From an uncultured Candidatus Saccharibacteria bacterium (GTDB lineage Bacteria; Patescibacteriota; Saccharimonadia; Saccharimonadales; Saccharimonadaceae): a stretch of DNA of 64,000 nt. The position numbers and the translations under genes are program-made. Below the pieces are notes generated by a model. It worked only from the letters and a program-made list of their open reading frames with translations. It was not told the DNA's origin and searched no databases. The stretch covers positions 31,578-95,577 of the forward strand of contig CAMJSX010000002.1 of assembly GCA_946408595.1 (NCBI GenBank), in the 5' to 3' direction. The first letter of the stretch is position 1, and every line of letters begins with the position of its first letter. Shown here piece after piece: positions 30,631 through 40,647 of this stretch.

Positions 30631-32082
30631 ATGTTACTCGAAGACTATCGCAACGAAAGATTAAAAAAATTAGCAGAAATTAGAGACCGCGGGATCGATC
30701 CGTATCCGGCCAAAGCACACCGGAATACCAAAATTCTCGACGTGGTTAATCATTTTGATGAAAAACAAGGTCAAGAAGTCTGTATCGCGGGCCGCGTCAC
30801 AGCCATTCGATCATTTGGCAAGCTAGTTTTCTTGAAGCTAAGCGATTATACAGGTGAAGTACAAATTTTCATGAAGGCCGTGCCAGAAGAAACCCCAGAA
30901 GGTCTATTCGGAGCAAAAGATATTCGCTTACTCGATATTGGTGATTTTATAGAAGCGACTGGTATCGTAGACAAATCACAAACTGGCGAAATTTCCGTGT
31001 TTGCTAATTTCGTCAGACTCCTAACTAAATCTCTTCGACCATTGCCTGAGAAATTCACCAACAAGGAAGAACGCTATCGCCGTCGTTACGTTGACATGAA
31101 TGTCAACCCAGAAGTCCGCGAACGTTTGGTACGCCGTTCTAAATTCTGGCAAGCTACACGCGATTTTATGAACCAACATGGCTTTATTGAAATCAACATT
31201 CCGGTACTTGAGCATACGACTGGTGGCGCTGACGCTACGCCATTTACCACTCACATGAACGCTCTAGACGAAGATTTTTATCTACGTATTTCGCACGAGC
31301 TACCTTTGAAGCGTCTCCTCGGCGGTGGTTTTGAAAAAGTCTACGACATTGGTCCGCGTTTTAGAAACGAAGGTGTCGACGACGAACATTTACCAGAACA
31401 CATCGCTTTTGAATCTTATGCCGCATATGAAAACTACGAAGACGGCATGAAGTTTTATGAAGAAATGATTAAATACGTTTGCCGCGAAACGTGGGGAACT
31501 TTGAAATTCAATGTTGGTGGATTCGAAATCGATTTGGACTGTGAGTGGCCGCGCATCAAATATGCTGATTTACTTCGCGAAAAATTTGGTGTGGACGTGT
31601 TTAATCCTGACCGCGAACAATTAATTCGCATTTTGAAGGAAAACGGCGTCGAAACGAATTTTGAAGTTTCTGATGCCAGACTCATTGACCACGTTTGGAA
31701 ATTGATTCGCAAAACTTCCGCTGGACCATACTGGCTAGTAGAAGAACCGCTATCGTTGTCGCCACTTGCAAAAAAATCCACTGCTAATCCTTTAGTCACC
31801 GAAAGATTCCATCCGATTATTGCCGGAACCGAAATGGGCAATGGTTTCTCTGAGCTCAACGATCCGTTAGATCAATTAGAACGTTTCAAAGAGCAACAAG
31901 CTGCCCGCGATGCCGGCGACGAAGAAGCTCAAATGCTCGACATGGATTTTGTAGAAATGCTAGAATATGGTATGCCACCAGCCTGTGGTTGGGGCAACTC
32001 CGAACGCAATTTCTGGTTACTTGAAGGCGTACCAGGCAGGGAAGCCGTCCCATTCCCAATTATCAAAAGCAAAGAAGACTAA
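30631..32082 (+). CDS. lysS: Lysyl-tRNA synthetase class II
   Basis: OB fold, RYRRRYVD, FRNEGVD, NGFSELNDP, LEYGMPP. Confidence 0.98.
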   Translation: MLLEDYRNERLKKLAEIRDRGIDPYPAKAHRNTKILDVVNHFDEKQGQEVCIAGRVTAIRSFGKLVFLKLSDYTGEVQIFMKAVPEETPEGLFGAKDIRLLDIGDFIEATGIVDKSQTGEISVFANFVRLLTKSLRPLPEKFTNKEERYRRRYVDMNVNPEVRERLVRRSKFWQATRDFMNQHGFIEINIPVLEHTTGGADATPFTTHMNALDEDFYLRISHELPLKRLLGGGFEKVYDIGPRFRNEGVDDEHLPEHIAFESYAAYENYEDGMKFYEEMIKYVCRETWGTLKFNVGGFEIDLDCEWPRIKYADLLREKFGVDVFNPDREQLIRILKENGVETNFEVSDARLIDHVWKLIRKTSAGPYWLVEEPLSLSPLAKKSTANPLVTERFHPIIAGTEMGNGFSELNDPLDQLERFKEQQAARDAGDEEAQMLDMDFVEMLEYGMPPACGWGNSERNFWLLEGVPGREAVPFPIIKSKED

Positions 32083-32297
32083 AATTCGATAGTTTTGTGC
32101 CGTGATTTAAGACCATGAGTGATTTGGATGGAAGTTTTTGGCACATCAAAGTGTTTAGCAAGTAGTTTAATCAAAGCGTTATTAGCTTCACCATCGTGAG
32201 CTTTCGCCCGAAGATAAACCGTCAATTCAGACTCCCCTGTTTTGATGATTTTTTCTTGAGAAGAACCCGGTTTAACTAAAACAAGAAATTTTACCAT
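32079..32297 (-). CDS. DUF167/YggU family protein
   Basis: VKPGSSQE, DGEANNALIKLLAKHF, GLKSRHK. Confidence 0.9.
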   Translation of the reverse strand: MVKFLVLVKPGSSQEKIIKTGESELTVYLRAKAHDGEANNALIKLLAKHFDVPKTSIQITHGLKSRHKTIEF

Positions 32298-32439
32298 ATA
32301 CTTTTATTATATCACACTTATGTTAAAAAGTCAAATTATTCCCATTATTTAACATATTTTTCTAAAAATAAACACTTGCATAATGGGGAAAATAAACTAT
32401 AATGGTTATATATATAAAAATTGGAGAGAAAATTACGAA

Positions 32440-35400
32440 ATGATTAGGTTTAAACACCTATGGTTATTACAGAGGCATTTTCTGCTATTTTTGCTCGTGG
32501 TTTTACCATGTTTGTTTTCTCTTATAATTATTTCTCCTGCATCAGGCATTGCCAAAGGGAGCACGCTGTCGATGACAATTAGTAATAGTTCGTTGTCAAC
32601 CAATATACTACCTTCGATTAGTGGCGAGTTTGGGAAGTCTGGTGATGCAACTATTACGGTGAATACTGATAATTTTACTGGTTATACTTTGTCTATTTCT
32701 TCGAGCGAAACGACCAGTTTGGTAAATGCTAATAATGACGAGATTGAGTCTATCAGTACAAGTATTAACGAAGCAACTTTTATATCAAATAGTAGCTACA
32801 ACAATAAGTGGGGATATAAACCTAGTCAATATATTACCGTAAATAACGGCGTAAATACCGTTGTCCAAAACACGAACTATTTACCAGCTCCTTCTTTAAA
32901 TGGTGATCTTTTGGCAATTACAAACACGGCGAACGTCACAAATGATACTTACACATTTTCCGCTGCGGCGAAGGTAGATATGTCCTTGCCATCTGGACAA
33001 TATAATTATACTTATGTACTGACCGCGGTAGCAAACTCAATCGTCTATAATGTCACTTATGATAGAAACACTACTGATATGGTATCCAATATGCCAGATC
33101 CAAACCCGCAAGCACTCATAATTGATGGCGGCACGCCGACTGCAAATAGCTATGCGCCACTTAGTAGTAAGGTACCTATTTTAACCAACAAGAATTTTGA
33201 CGGATGGTGTGATGTGGCAACAACTGTAGACCAAACAACTGGGGATTATTTATGTTCTGGTACAACATATCAAGCTGGGGATAATTACCCGATTGATCAG
33301 ACGGCTGGAGCAAATATCACGCTCTATGCAATTTGGGTGAATGGTCCTTTCCCGATGGTTTGGGCGCAAATGGGAGCTTGTGAATTTCATGGGGCGACTA
33401 ACGGCAATATTACTGGTACAGAATGCCAAGACTATACTAGTGATAAATTTATAGATACAGGCATTGCACTATATAGCAGTGCGAATTATCAAAAAGACTA
33501 TGAAATCCATTTCACAATTGATCATTATGATCCGAGCGAAAATAATGGCATGGCTGATCGACAGCAAACCTTCGTGAGTGACAAATTATCACCAGATGTT
33601 ACGAGCTCGCCTTATGATGGGAAAGGGCCAGGTATAGTTGTGAGAAGAAGTGAAGACGACATCCAAATTAGGAGTACTTATGGACATGCAGCCAATGATG
33701 GCTCTAACTCTAAAGAAATTTCTGTACCGTCGAGTTCTACTACCGATGTTAGTATCTATAGAATTAATAACGTAATATATGCGAGCATTAATAATGGTGC
33801 ATTGCAAAAGATTCAGGCTATTAGTAATTTTGATCAACAATTTGGCTTAAATACTTGGTTCGGAGCTTATCCAGGTGATGATTGCACCGGCAACACTACG
33901 AATGGTGTTTGCACAAACGCAATCAGGTTTATTGAAGCTACGCTCAGCAATATGTATATTAAATTAGGCGATTTCGGTAAGACTGTACATGAAATCACAT
34001 TCAATGCTAATGGCGGCACTCCTGCAACGACTACTTATCAGGTAATTGATGGTGATTCTCTTGGAGCATTACCAACGGCGACCCGAACTAACTATGTCTT
34101 AATGTATTGGTATTCTGCAACGGGTGGCAACAACATCGCCACTCCTGAAACGAAGCCACATGGCGCTGTGACTTATTATGCCTTCTGGTTAAAGGAAGTA
34201 TCTCAGGCGACAATTAGCAATTCTTCTATTACGCTTGCTCCTGGTGGGACCGAAACAATTAATGTAACAAATTCGGCAGAGCTTGAAGAGTATACCTTTT
34301 CTTCGAGCGATGATTCGATAGCTACAGTAAATTCTACTACGGGTTTAGTAACTGGTGTGGATACTGGAACGGCAACAATTACAATGACTGGCACAAAGTC
34401 TGGTACTACCAAGACTATCAATGTGACTGTACTCGAAAGTTTAGCGCAGGTTACATTTGATGCAGGCCAAGGTTCGAGTGTAAATCCAATAGAAGTAGAA
34501 TACGGCGGTACTATTTCTGAGTTACCAATTTCAATTAGAAGCGGATATACTTTAGAGGGTTGGTATACTGGTGCAAATGGATCTGGGACCAAACTCACTA
34601 TTTCATTACAAATTAATAACGATATGGAATTTATCGCGAATTGGATAGTGACAACAAATGTATGTAGACTTGCCGCTAACCCTGAAGCTCTGCATAAAGA
34701 AAAGTGTCTTAGAACTGGTACTAATGGGTGTCGAACTAGTAGTGTTTATGCATATAATGAAGACATTGTTTATGGTAAAACTCCAAATGATTTAGATAAC
34801 CCCACTACTCTAGCGCCTGGCCTTGCATACACATGTGATATCAATGCAAATAATGAATATGATGAAGAAACTGAAAGATTCTACTTACTTAGTACAGATA
34901 GCACCAAAGCTTCATTAGTTTGGTATAAAAACATTTCTGACGTTAGTATTAACTATGATGCCGCCTATGCATTACTACCAGATTCTAGCATGTGGCGAAA
35001 TACTAATTTAATAGCACAAGCGAATAGTAAAGTGACTAGATATATGAAGGTGGCGGAGGTGAATGCTGCTTGTAACGGAAATGCTTCAACTAATCTCAGA
35101 ACACGAGTCTGCGTCTATCTGATGGAAAAATCCAACTATGCTAACACAAATATGATAGATGGTATATGGGTAGAAAAAATTAATAGTACTAGTTCTGGTG
35201 GTAGAAGGATTCATACTACTGGCTTGTCGCTTGGTAATGTAAACCCAAATACTGGCGGTAGCAACAACGCTCCGCGTCCAGTCATTGAAATACCGATAAA
35301 TATGCTCAATAGTAATTATATAATTACTTTTGATCCGCATAACGAAAGTGCTTCTTGGACCGAAGAAATTACTCCTGGTGATACACTGGGCAATGCCTAC

Positions 35401-35781
35401 CCTGCAACTGACCCAACTTATACGAATCATATCTTCCAGGGTTGGTATACCGCTGCTTCTAATGGTACACTCGTAACTAATAACACTGAGCCGAATTCTA
35501 GTAAAACTTATCATGCTCAGTGGAAGGGTACAGTAGCTCTTGCAACAGTAGCTAACGATAGTATTTCGGTTGCTACTAATGGAACTGCAACTGTAACAGT
35601 AACTAATACGGCTGACCTTGAGGGCTTTACGTTCTCTTCTAGTAATACAAGTGTGGCGACGATTGATGCTTCGACTGGTGTGATTACTCCTGTTGCGGTA
35701 GGTACTACAAATATTTCAATTACTGGTGCTTCTTCTAATACTACGAATCAAATTGTAACCGTGACCGTAACTCAACCATAG
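32440..35781 (+). CDS. Large exported adhesin-like protein with InlB-type B-repeats and Ig-like (Big_2) domains
   Basis: Signal peptide; repeats ITFNANGG...YW, VTFDAGQG...GYTLEGWY, ITFDPH...FQGWY; FSSSDDSIATVNSTTGLVTGV and FSSSNTSVATID. Confidence 0.85.
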   Translation: MIRFKHLWLLQRHFLLFLLVVLPCLFSLIIISPASGIAKGSTLSMTISNSSLSTNILPSISGEFGKSGDATITVNTDNFTGYTLSISSSETTSLVNANNDEIESISTSINEATFISNSSYNNKWGYKPSQYITVNNGVNTVVQNTNYLPAPSLNGDLLAITNTANVTNDTYTFSAAAKVDMSLPSGQYNYTYVLTAVANSIVYNVTYDRNTTDMVSNMPDPNPQALIIDGGTPTANSYAPLSSKVPILTNKNFDGWCDVATTVDQTTGDYLCSGTTYQAGDNYPIDQTAGANITLYAIWVNGPFPMVWAQMGACEFHGATNGNITGTECQDYTSDKFIDTGIALYSSANYQKDYEIHFTIDHYDPSENNGMADRQQTFVSDKLSPDVTSSPYDGKGPGIVVRRSEDDIQIRSTYGHAANDGSNSKEISVPSSSTTDVSIYRINNVIYASINNGALQKIQAISNFDQQFGLNTWFGAYPGDDCTGNTTNGVCTNAIRFIEATLSNMYIKLGDFGKTVHEITFNANGGTPATTTYQVIDGDSLGALPTATRTNYVLMYWYSATGGNNIATPETKPHGAVTYYAFWLKEVSQATISNSSITLAPGGTETINVTNSAELEEYTFSSSDDSIATVNSTTGLVTGVDTGTATITMTGTKSGTTKTINVTVLESLAQVTFDAGQGSSVNPIEVEYGGTISELPISIRSGYTLEGWYTGANGSGTKLTISLQINNDMEFIANWIVTTNVCRLAANPEALHKEKCLRTGTNGCRTSSVYAYNEDIVYGKTPNDLDNPTTLAPGLAYTCDINANNEYDEETERFYLLSTDSTKASLVWYKNISDVSINYDAAYALLPDSSMWRNTNLIAQANSKVTRYMKVAEVNAACNGNASTNLRTRVCVYLMEKSNYANTNMIDGIWVEKINSTSSGGRRIHTTGLSLGNVNPNTGGSNNAPRPVIEIPINMLNSNYIITFDPHNESASWTEEITPGDTLGNAYPATDPTYTNHIFQGWYTAASNGTLVTNNTEPNSSKTYHAQWKGTVALATVANDSISVATNGTATVTVTNTADLEGFTFSSSNTSVATIDASTGVITPVAVGTTNISITGASSNTTNQIVTVTVTQP

Positions 35782-35866
35782 CCCAAATACTGGTGTCGTT
35801 TTCACTTGCACTAACTAAGAAGAAAAGTAATGAATAGCCCGATGCTACTGTGATATAATTTTAGAT

Positions 35867-37834
35867 ATGCCTAAGTTTAAATTAGTGTCAAAATATAAGC
35901 CAACCGGTGATCAACCATCTGCTATCAAACAGCTAACGGACGGGGTGCTTTCTGGTGCCAAAGAACAAACTTTGCTCGGCGTAACTGGTTCTGGCAAGAC
36001 TTTTACGATGGCGAATATCATTCAAAATGTACAGAAACCTACTTTGATTCTAGCACATAATAAAACCCTAGCAGCTCAGCTTTATTCTGAATTTCGCGAG
36101 TTCTTTCCTAAAAACGAAGTTCATTATTTTGTGTCATATTTTGATTACTACCAACCAGAAGCGTACATCGCCTCAACCGACACCTATATAGAAAAAGACT
36201 CCGCTATCAACGACGAAATTGACCGCTTACGCCACGGTACTACAGAGGCATTACTATCACGAAATGATGTAATTGTTGTTGCATCGGTATCCTGCATTTA
36301 TGGCATCGGCTCACCCGAAAACTATCTAGAAATGTCTTTTGAAATAAAACGTTACGAAAATATTTCGCAACTAGACTTTATTCGCAAATTAATTAATATC
36401 CAGTATCACCGCAACGATCTTGCGTTTGAGCGAGGCAATTTCCGCGTAATGGGTGACACCATCGACTTATACCCAGCCAACGGCGAATTCGCCTACCGAT
36501 TTGAATTCGGATTTGATACTTTGGAAGAAATTAAAATTGTCGATCCTTTGACTTTTGAAACGCGCGAAAAACCAGAAAAAGTTCATATCTTCCCAAACAC
36601 CCATTATGCTACACCAAAAGATCAACTTGAAAGAGCACTCGACAACATTCGCACAGAATTTAATGAACGATTAGCCTACTTTAAAGAACACGAAAAATAT
36701 CTTGAGGCTGAAAGATTATCACAGCGCACCAAATACGATCTAGAAATGCTAGAGAGCACTGGTTTCGTAAAGGGAATTGAAAACTATTCTAGACACCTAG
36801 AAGGTAGAAAAGCTGGCGAACCACCATCAACTTTGCTCGATTTCTTCCCAGAAGATTATTTATTAATTGTGGATGAGTCGCACATGACCTTGCCACAGGT
36901 TCGTGGTATGTATAATGGCGACCATGCCAGAAAAGTAACCCTAGTAGACTATGGTTTTAGGTTACCTTCGGCACTAGATAACCGGCCATTAACTTATGGC
37001 GAATTCCAAAAACGTGTTAACCAAGCCATTTATGTATCCGCCACACCTGGCGAATATGAATTAGAACATTCACCAGAGCCAGCCGAGCAAGTAATTCGCC
37101 CAACTGGTTTGCTCGACCCGGAAGTTGAAGTACGAAGCTCAGACGGACAAATTGATGACTTAATGGAAGAAATTGACAAACGCATCGCCAAAGGTCAGCG
37201 CACGCTAATCACAACTCTTACTAAACGAATGGCAGAAGATCTCACCGACCATTTGAAAGAACGTGGCGTTAAGACGGCCTACATTCATTCCGACGTAGAC
37301 ACTTTAGAAAGGAGTGATATCCTAAGAGATCTCCGCGAAGGCGTCTATGATGTACTAGTTGGCATTAACCTTCTTCGTGAAGGTCTAGACCTTCCTGAAG
37401 TATCCTTAGTCGCCATACTCGATGCGGATAAAGAAGGGTTCTTGCGCAGCGAATCGGCTCTCATCCAAACAATCGGTCGTGCAGCTAGACACGTAGAAGG
37501 TAAAGCCATCATGTACGCCAACTTCATCACCGAAAGTATGGAAAAAGCCATCTCCGAAACCAATCGTCGACGCGAAATTCAAAAAGAATATAATGCCAAA
37601 CACAATATCACACCAACTTCCATCAAAAAAGAAGTCTCTCTCGGACTTAGAGCTATTATTCCGGAAAAAGAGGTGGAGAACAAACTAAATATTAAAAAGA
37701 TTCCAAAAGATGAATTACCAAATCTAGTTAAACAACTCTCATCTGAGATGCAACTCGCCGCCGCTAACCTAGAATTTGAAAAAGCCGCCCTGCTTCGCGA
37801 CGAAATAGCCAAAATCAAAGAGTTTATGCTATAA
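35867..37834 (+). CDS. uvrB: Excinuclease ABC subunit B
   Basis: GVTGSGKT, YFVSYFDYYQPEAY, DESH, LIQTIGRAAR. Confidence 0.99.
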   Translation: MPKFKLVSKYKPTGDQPSAIKQLTDGVLSGAKEQTLLGVTGSGKTFTMANIIQNVQKPTLILAHNKTLAAQLYSEFREFFPKNEVHYFVSYFDYYQPEAYIASTDTYIEKDSAINDEIDRLRHGTTEALLSRNDVIVVASVSCIYGIGSPENYLEMSFEIKRYENISQLDFIRKLINIQYHRNDLAFERGNFRVMGDTIDLYPANGEFAYRFEFGFDTLEEIKIVDPLTFETREKPEKVHIFPNTHYATPKDQLERALDNIRTEFNERLAYFKEHEKYLEAERLSQRTKYDLEMLESTGFVKGIENYSRHLEGRKAGEPPSTLLDFFPEDYLLIVDESHMTLPQVRGMYNGDHARKVTLVDYGFRLPSALDNRPLTYGEFQKRVNQAIYVSATPGEYELEHSPEPAEQVIRPTGLLDPEVEVRSSDGQIDDLMEEIDKRIAKGQRTLITTLTKRMAEDLTDHLKERGVKTAYIHSDVDTLERSDILRDLREGVYDVLVGINLLREGLDLPEVSLVAILDADKEGFLRSESALIQTIGRAARHVEGKAIMYANFITESMEKAISETNRRREIQKEYNAKHNITPTSIKKEVSLGLRAIIPEKEVENKLNIKKIPKDELPNLVKQLSSEMQLAAANLEFEKAALLRDEIAKIKEFML

Positions 37835-37844
37835 TTAATACGTA

Positions 37845-38780
37845 ATGAGTGGGCAAGTAGATTATGCCACTTTAGATAAAATCAAAAAACGCATTCGAGC
37901 ATGCGATTATTTGTCAGTTGCTCAGTTATACTTAAAAAACAATTATCTACTTAAATACGATTTATCATTTGATGATATTAAACCAAGATTACTCGGGCAT
38001 TGGGGTACCTGCCATGGGATCAATGTAGCCTACGCTAATCTAAAAAGCTTCTTTAATACAGACACAAATTTTAGTTTTGTGTTAGGACCGGGTCATGGAT
38101 TCCCAGCTCTACAAGCTAACCTTTATTATGATGGTGTCTTGTCAAAATACGACGAAAAAGCAACCCTAGACGAAAAAGGCTTGGGCTACCTCTGCCGTCA
38201 TTTTTCATGGCCAGATGGCTTTCCATCACATGCCAGCCCAATGACACCAGGAATCATTACCGAAGGTGGCGAGCTAGGCTATGCTCTTGCTAATGCTTAT
38301 GGAGTTGCACTCGGTCATCCAGAAAAAACTTTAGCAGTATTAATTGGCGACGGCGAATTAGAAACTGCCACAGCCATAGATTCATTAAATCTACGGAATA
38401 TTATGGCTAGCCCTTCGAACGGAAAAGTGCTACCCATCCTTCATCTAAATGGGCATAAAATTTCAGCACCATCATTATACGCACGCAAATCCGAAAGGGA
38501 ATTAAACGAAATGATTCGTGGGTTCGGGTTCTCACCAATTTGGATTTACGGTAGCAATCCAGACGATTTTCAGAAGGCTTTGCAAAAAGAAGTGGAATCC
38601 CCATTTTATATTTTACGTACAGCAAAAGGCGAAACTGGTCCAAACTTACATCATGAAGCACATCAAATCCCATTAAAAAATCCCGCTACAGACGAAAATG
38701 AATTGCATGAATTAGAAGAATGGTTAAAATCATATCATTTTGAAGAATTATTCGACCAGGAGAAAGGATTCATCATATGA
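37845..38780 (+). CDS. Phosphoketolase N-terminal (TPP-binding) part
   Basis: KPRLLGHWGT, GPGHG, EGGELGYAL, GDGE, LPILHLNG. Confidence 0.92.
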   Translation: MSGQVDYATLDKIKKRIRACDYLSVAQLYLKNNYLLKYDLSFDDIKPRLLGHWGTCHGINVAYANLKSFFNTDTNFSFVLGPGHGFPALQANLYYDGVLSKYDEKATLDEKGLGYLCRHFSWPDGFPSHASPMTPGIITEGGELGYALANAYGVALGHPEKTLAVLIGDGELETATAIDSLNLRNIMASPSNGKVLPILHLNGHKISAPSLYARKSERELNEMIRGFGFSPIWIYGSNPDDFQKALQKEVESPFYILRTAKGETGPNLHHEAHQIPLKNPATDENELHELEEWLKSYHFEELFDQEKGFII

Positions 38781-39949
38781 TAGATTTTGTTGAACGACCA
38801 GGAGAAGAACTCAAATCACCAGCTGAAAGAATTGGAAACCTTCTCGCCGAAACGCTAAAGAACAATCCATATTTTTATTTCTTCTCGCCAGATGAGACGA
38901 CATCAAATCGCTTTACGACAGTCTTTGATGTAGAAAAACGAGCCTGGGGAGATTTGCCAATCAAATCATGGGACTTACCAGAAGCACCAGACGGCCGCAT
39001 TGTCGAAATGTTGTCTGAAAATGTACTTTTTTCAGTAATGACCGGACATTTATCAACCGGTGAGCAAGCCATGATGGGAAGTTATGAAGCCTTTTTCCCG
39101 ATCATCACGGCGCAACTTCTTCAGCAAATCAAATTCATCAAACAAGCCAAATCTGTATCTTGGCGTGAACCAATGCCAGCCATAAACTTACTATCCACCT
39201 CTACTTGTTGGCGACAAGATCATAACGGGTTCACTCATCAATCACCTGCGCTGATTTCAACACTCCTCAGTCTACCATCAAACCTGGCGAACTGTATTTT
39301 CCCAGTTGATGACATAGCGGCGGAAGAAGCTTTTCATTTTATGCTCAGTTCGCGCGATGTTGTAAATCTTACAACATTTAATAAAAATCCTCTACCTAGG
39401 TATATCGACTCGCATCATGCTAAATACCTATTTGACAATGGTGGCGCATCAATCTACCAATTTGCCTCAGACGAAACACCGGATATTGTTTTCACGGCAG
39501 CTGGTGACATTGTAACACGAGAAACTTTGGAAGCAATTAGTATACTACGAGAAGATATACCGAAGCTAAAAACTAGGTTCGTAGGCATCAATGCTTTATC
39601 ATATCGAGCAATTGGTACGACAGAAAACAAACTATCACAAGATAAATTCGACGAACTATTCTTAAAACATGTCCCGATTATCGCAAACTTCCATGGTTAC
39701 CCAGAAACCTTAGAAAACATTCTAGAAAACTACACCGAAAGGCGAAGACTGAGAGTGCACGGGTTCAACGAAGAAGGTTCTACCACGACGCCATTCGAAA
39801 TGCTTCGCAAAAATGCAGCCTCGCGTTATGATATCGCATTTGACGTCGCAAATCTACTTGGACAAGAACGACTGGCGACCAAATACCGTAATCTCCTTGA
39901 CGCCAATCACGACCACGCTGTGCAATTTGGCGAAGATTTGATAAAATAA
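38777..39949 (+). CDS. Phosphoketolase central/C-terminal part
   Basis: FSPDETTSNR, EMLSE, SYEAF, WRQDHNGFTHQ, EEGSTTTPF; ATGA overlap. Confidence 0.92.
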   Translation: MIDFVERPGEELKSPAERIGNLLAETLKNNPYFYFFSPDETTSNRFTTVFDVEKRAWGDLPIKSWDLPEAPDGRIVEMLSENVLFSVMTGHLSTGEQAMMGSYEAFFPIITAQLLQQIKFIKQAKSVSWREPMPAINLLSTSTCWRQDHNGFTHQSPALISTLLSLPSNLANCIFPVDDIAAEEAFHFMLSSRDVVNLTTFNKNPLPRYIDSHHAKYLFDNGGASIYQFASDETPDIVFTAAGDIVTRETLEAISILREDIPKLKTRFVGINALSYRAIGTTENKLSQDKFDELFLKHVPIIANFHGYPETLENILENYTERRRLRVHGFNEEGSTTTPFEMLRKNAASRYDIAFDVANLLGQERLATKYRNLLDANHDHAVQFGEDLIK

Positions 39950-39956
39950 CGTTATT

Positions 39957-40643
39957 ATGGAATTATTTATTTTATTAGTTACTCTCGGAATTTTTTTCGA
40001 GACTACGGTTTTAGTTATCAAAAAATATAAACCAACATTTAATAGTAAACGCAAAATATTCGTTGACACCTCGGCCCTCATCGATGGACGCATACTAAAT
40101 GTCGCACGAAGTGGTTTCATCGACGGCGATTTAATTATCTTAAAAAGCGTCCTCAGAGAATTACAACTACTTGCTGACGGCAAAGATTCGGCAAAACGTA
40201 GTCGTGCTCGAGCTGGACTAGAGGTAGTATCAGAGCTTGAAAGAGTTATTAATATTAATACCGAAATCTTAGACGATGGGGAAGGATACAAAAAAGTCGA
40301 TGAAGAACTACTGAAAATTGCCAAAGAAGAAAAAGGTGCAATCCTCACACTAGATTACAACTTAATCAAAGTCGCAGAAGCGGAAAAAATCGAAACGCTA
40401 AATATTAATGATCTAGCTATGGCTGTTAGAAATGATTATTTACCAGGCGAAAAAATTAAAATCAAAATCAGTGAAAAAGGGTCTAACCGCGGTCAAGGCG
40501 TAGGACATTTAAGCGATGGGACAATGGTCGTAGTAGACAATGCCGCAAACAAAATCGGGAAAGAAGTTGTTGTTGAATTCGTCAAATTCTATGAAACGTC
40601 AGCAGGAAAAATGATCTTTGCGAAATTAGCTAGAAAACAATAG
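39957..40643 (+). CDS. PIN/TRAM domain protein (YacL-like)
   Basis: FVDTSALIDGRI, TLDYNL, QGVGHLSDGTMVVV. Confidence 0.92.
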   Translation: MELFILLVTLGIFFETTVLVIKKYKPTFNSKRKIFVDTSALIDGRILNVARSGFIDGDLIILKSVLRELQLLADGKDSAKRSRARAGLEVVSELERVININTEILDDGEGYKKVDEELLKIAKEEKGAILTLDYNLIKVAEAEKIETLNINDLAMAVRNDYLPGEKIKIKISEKGSNRGQGVGHLSDGTMVVVDNAANKIGKEVVVEFVKFYETSAGKMIFAKLARKQ

Positions 40644-40647
40644 TTTA

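Noticed and set aside
35779-35818. SPNTG in a shifted frame after the large surface protein stop (possible lost anchor)
   Set aside because: No hydrophobic helix or basic tail follows; likely chance
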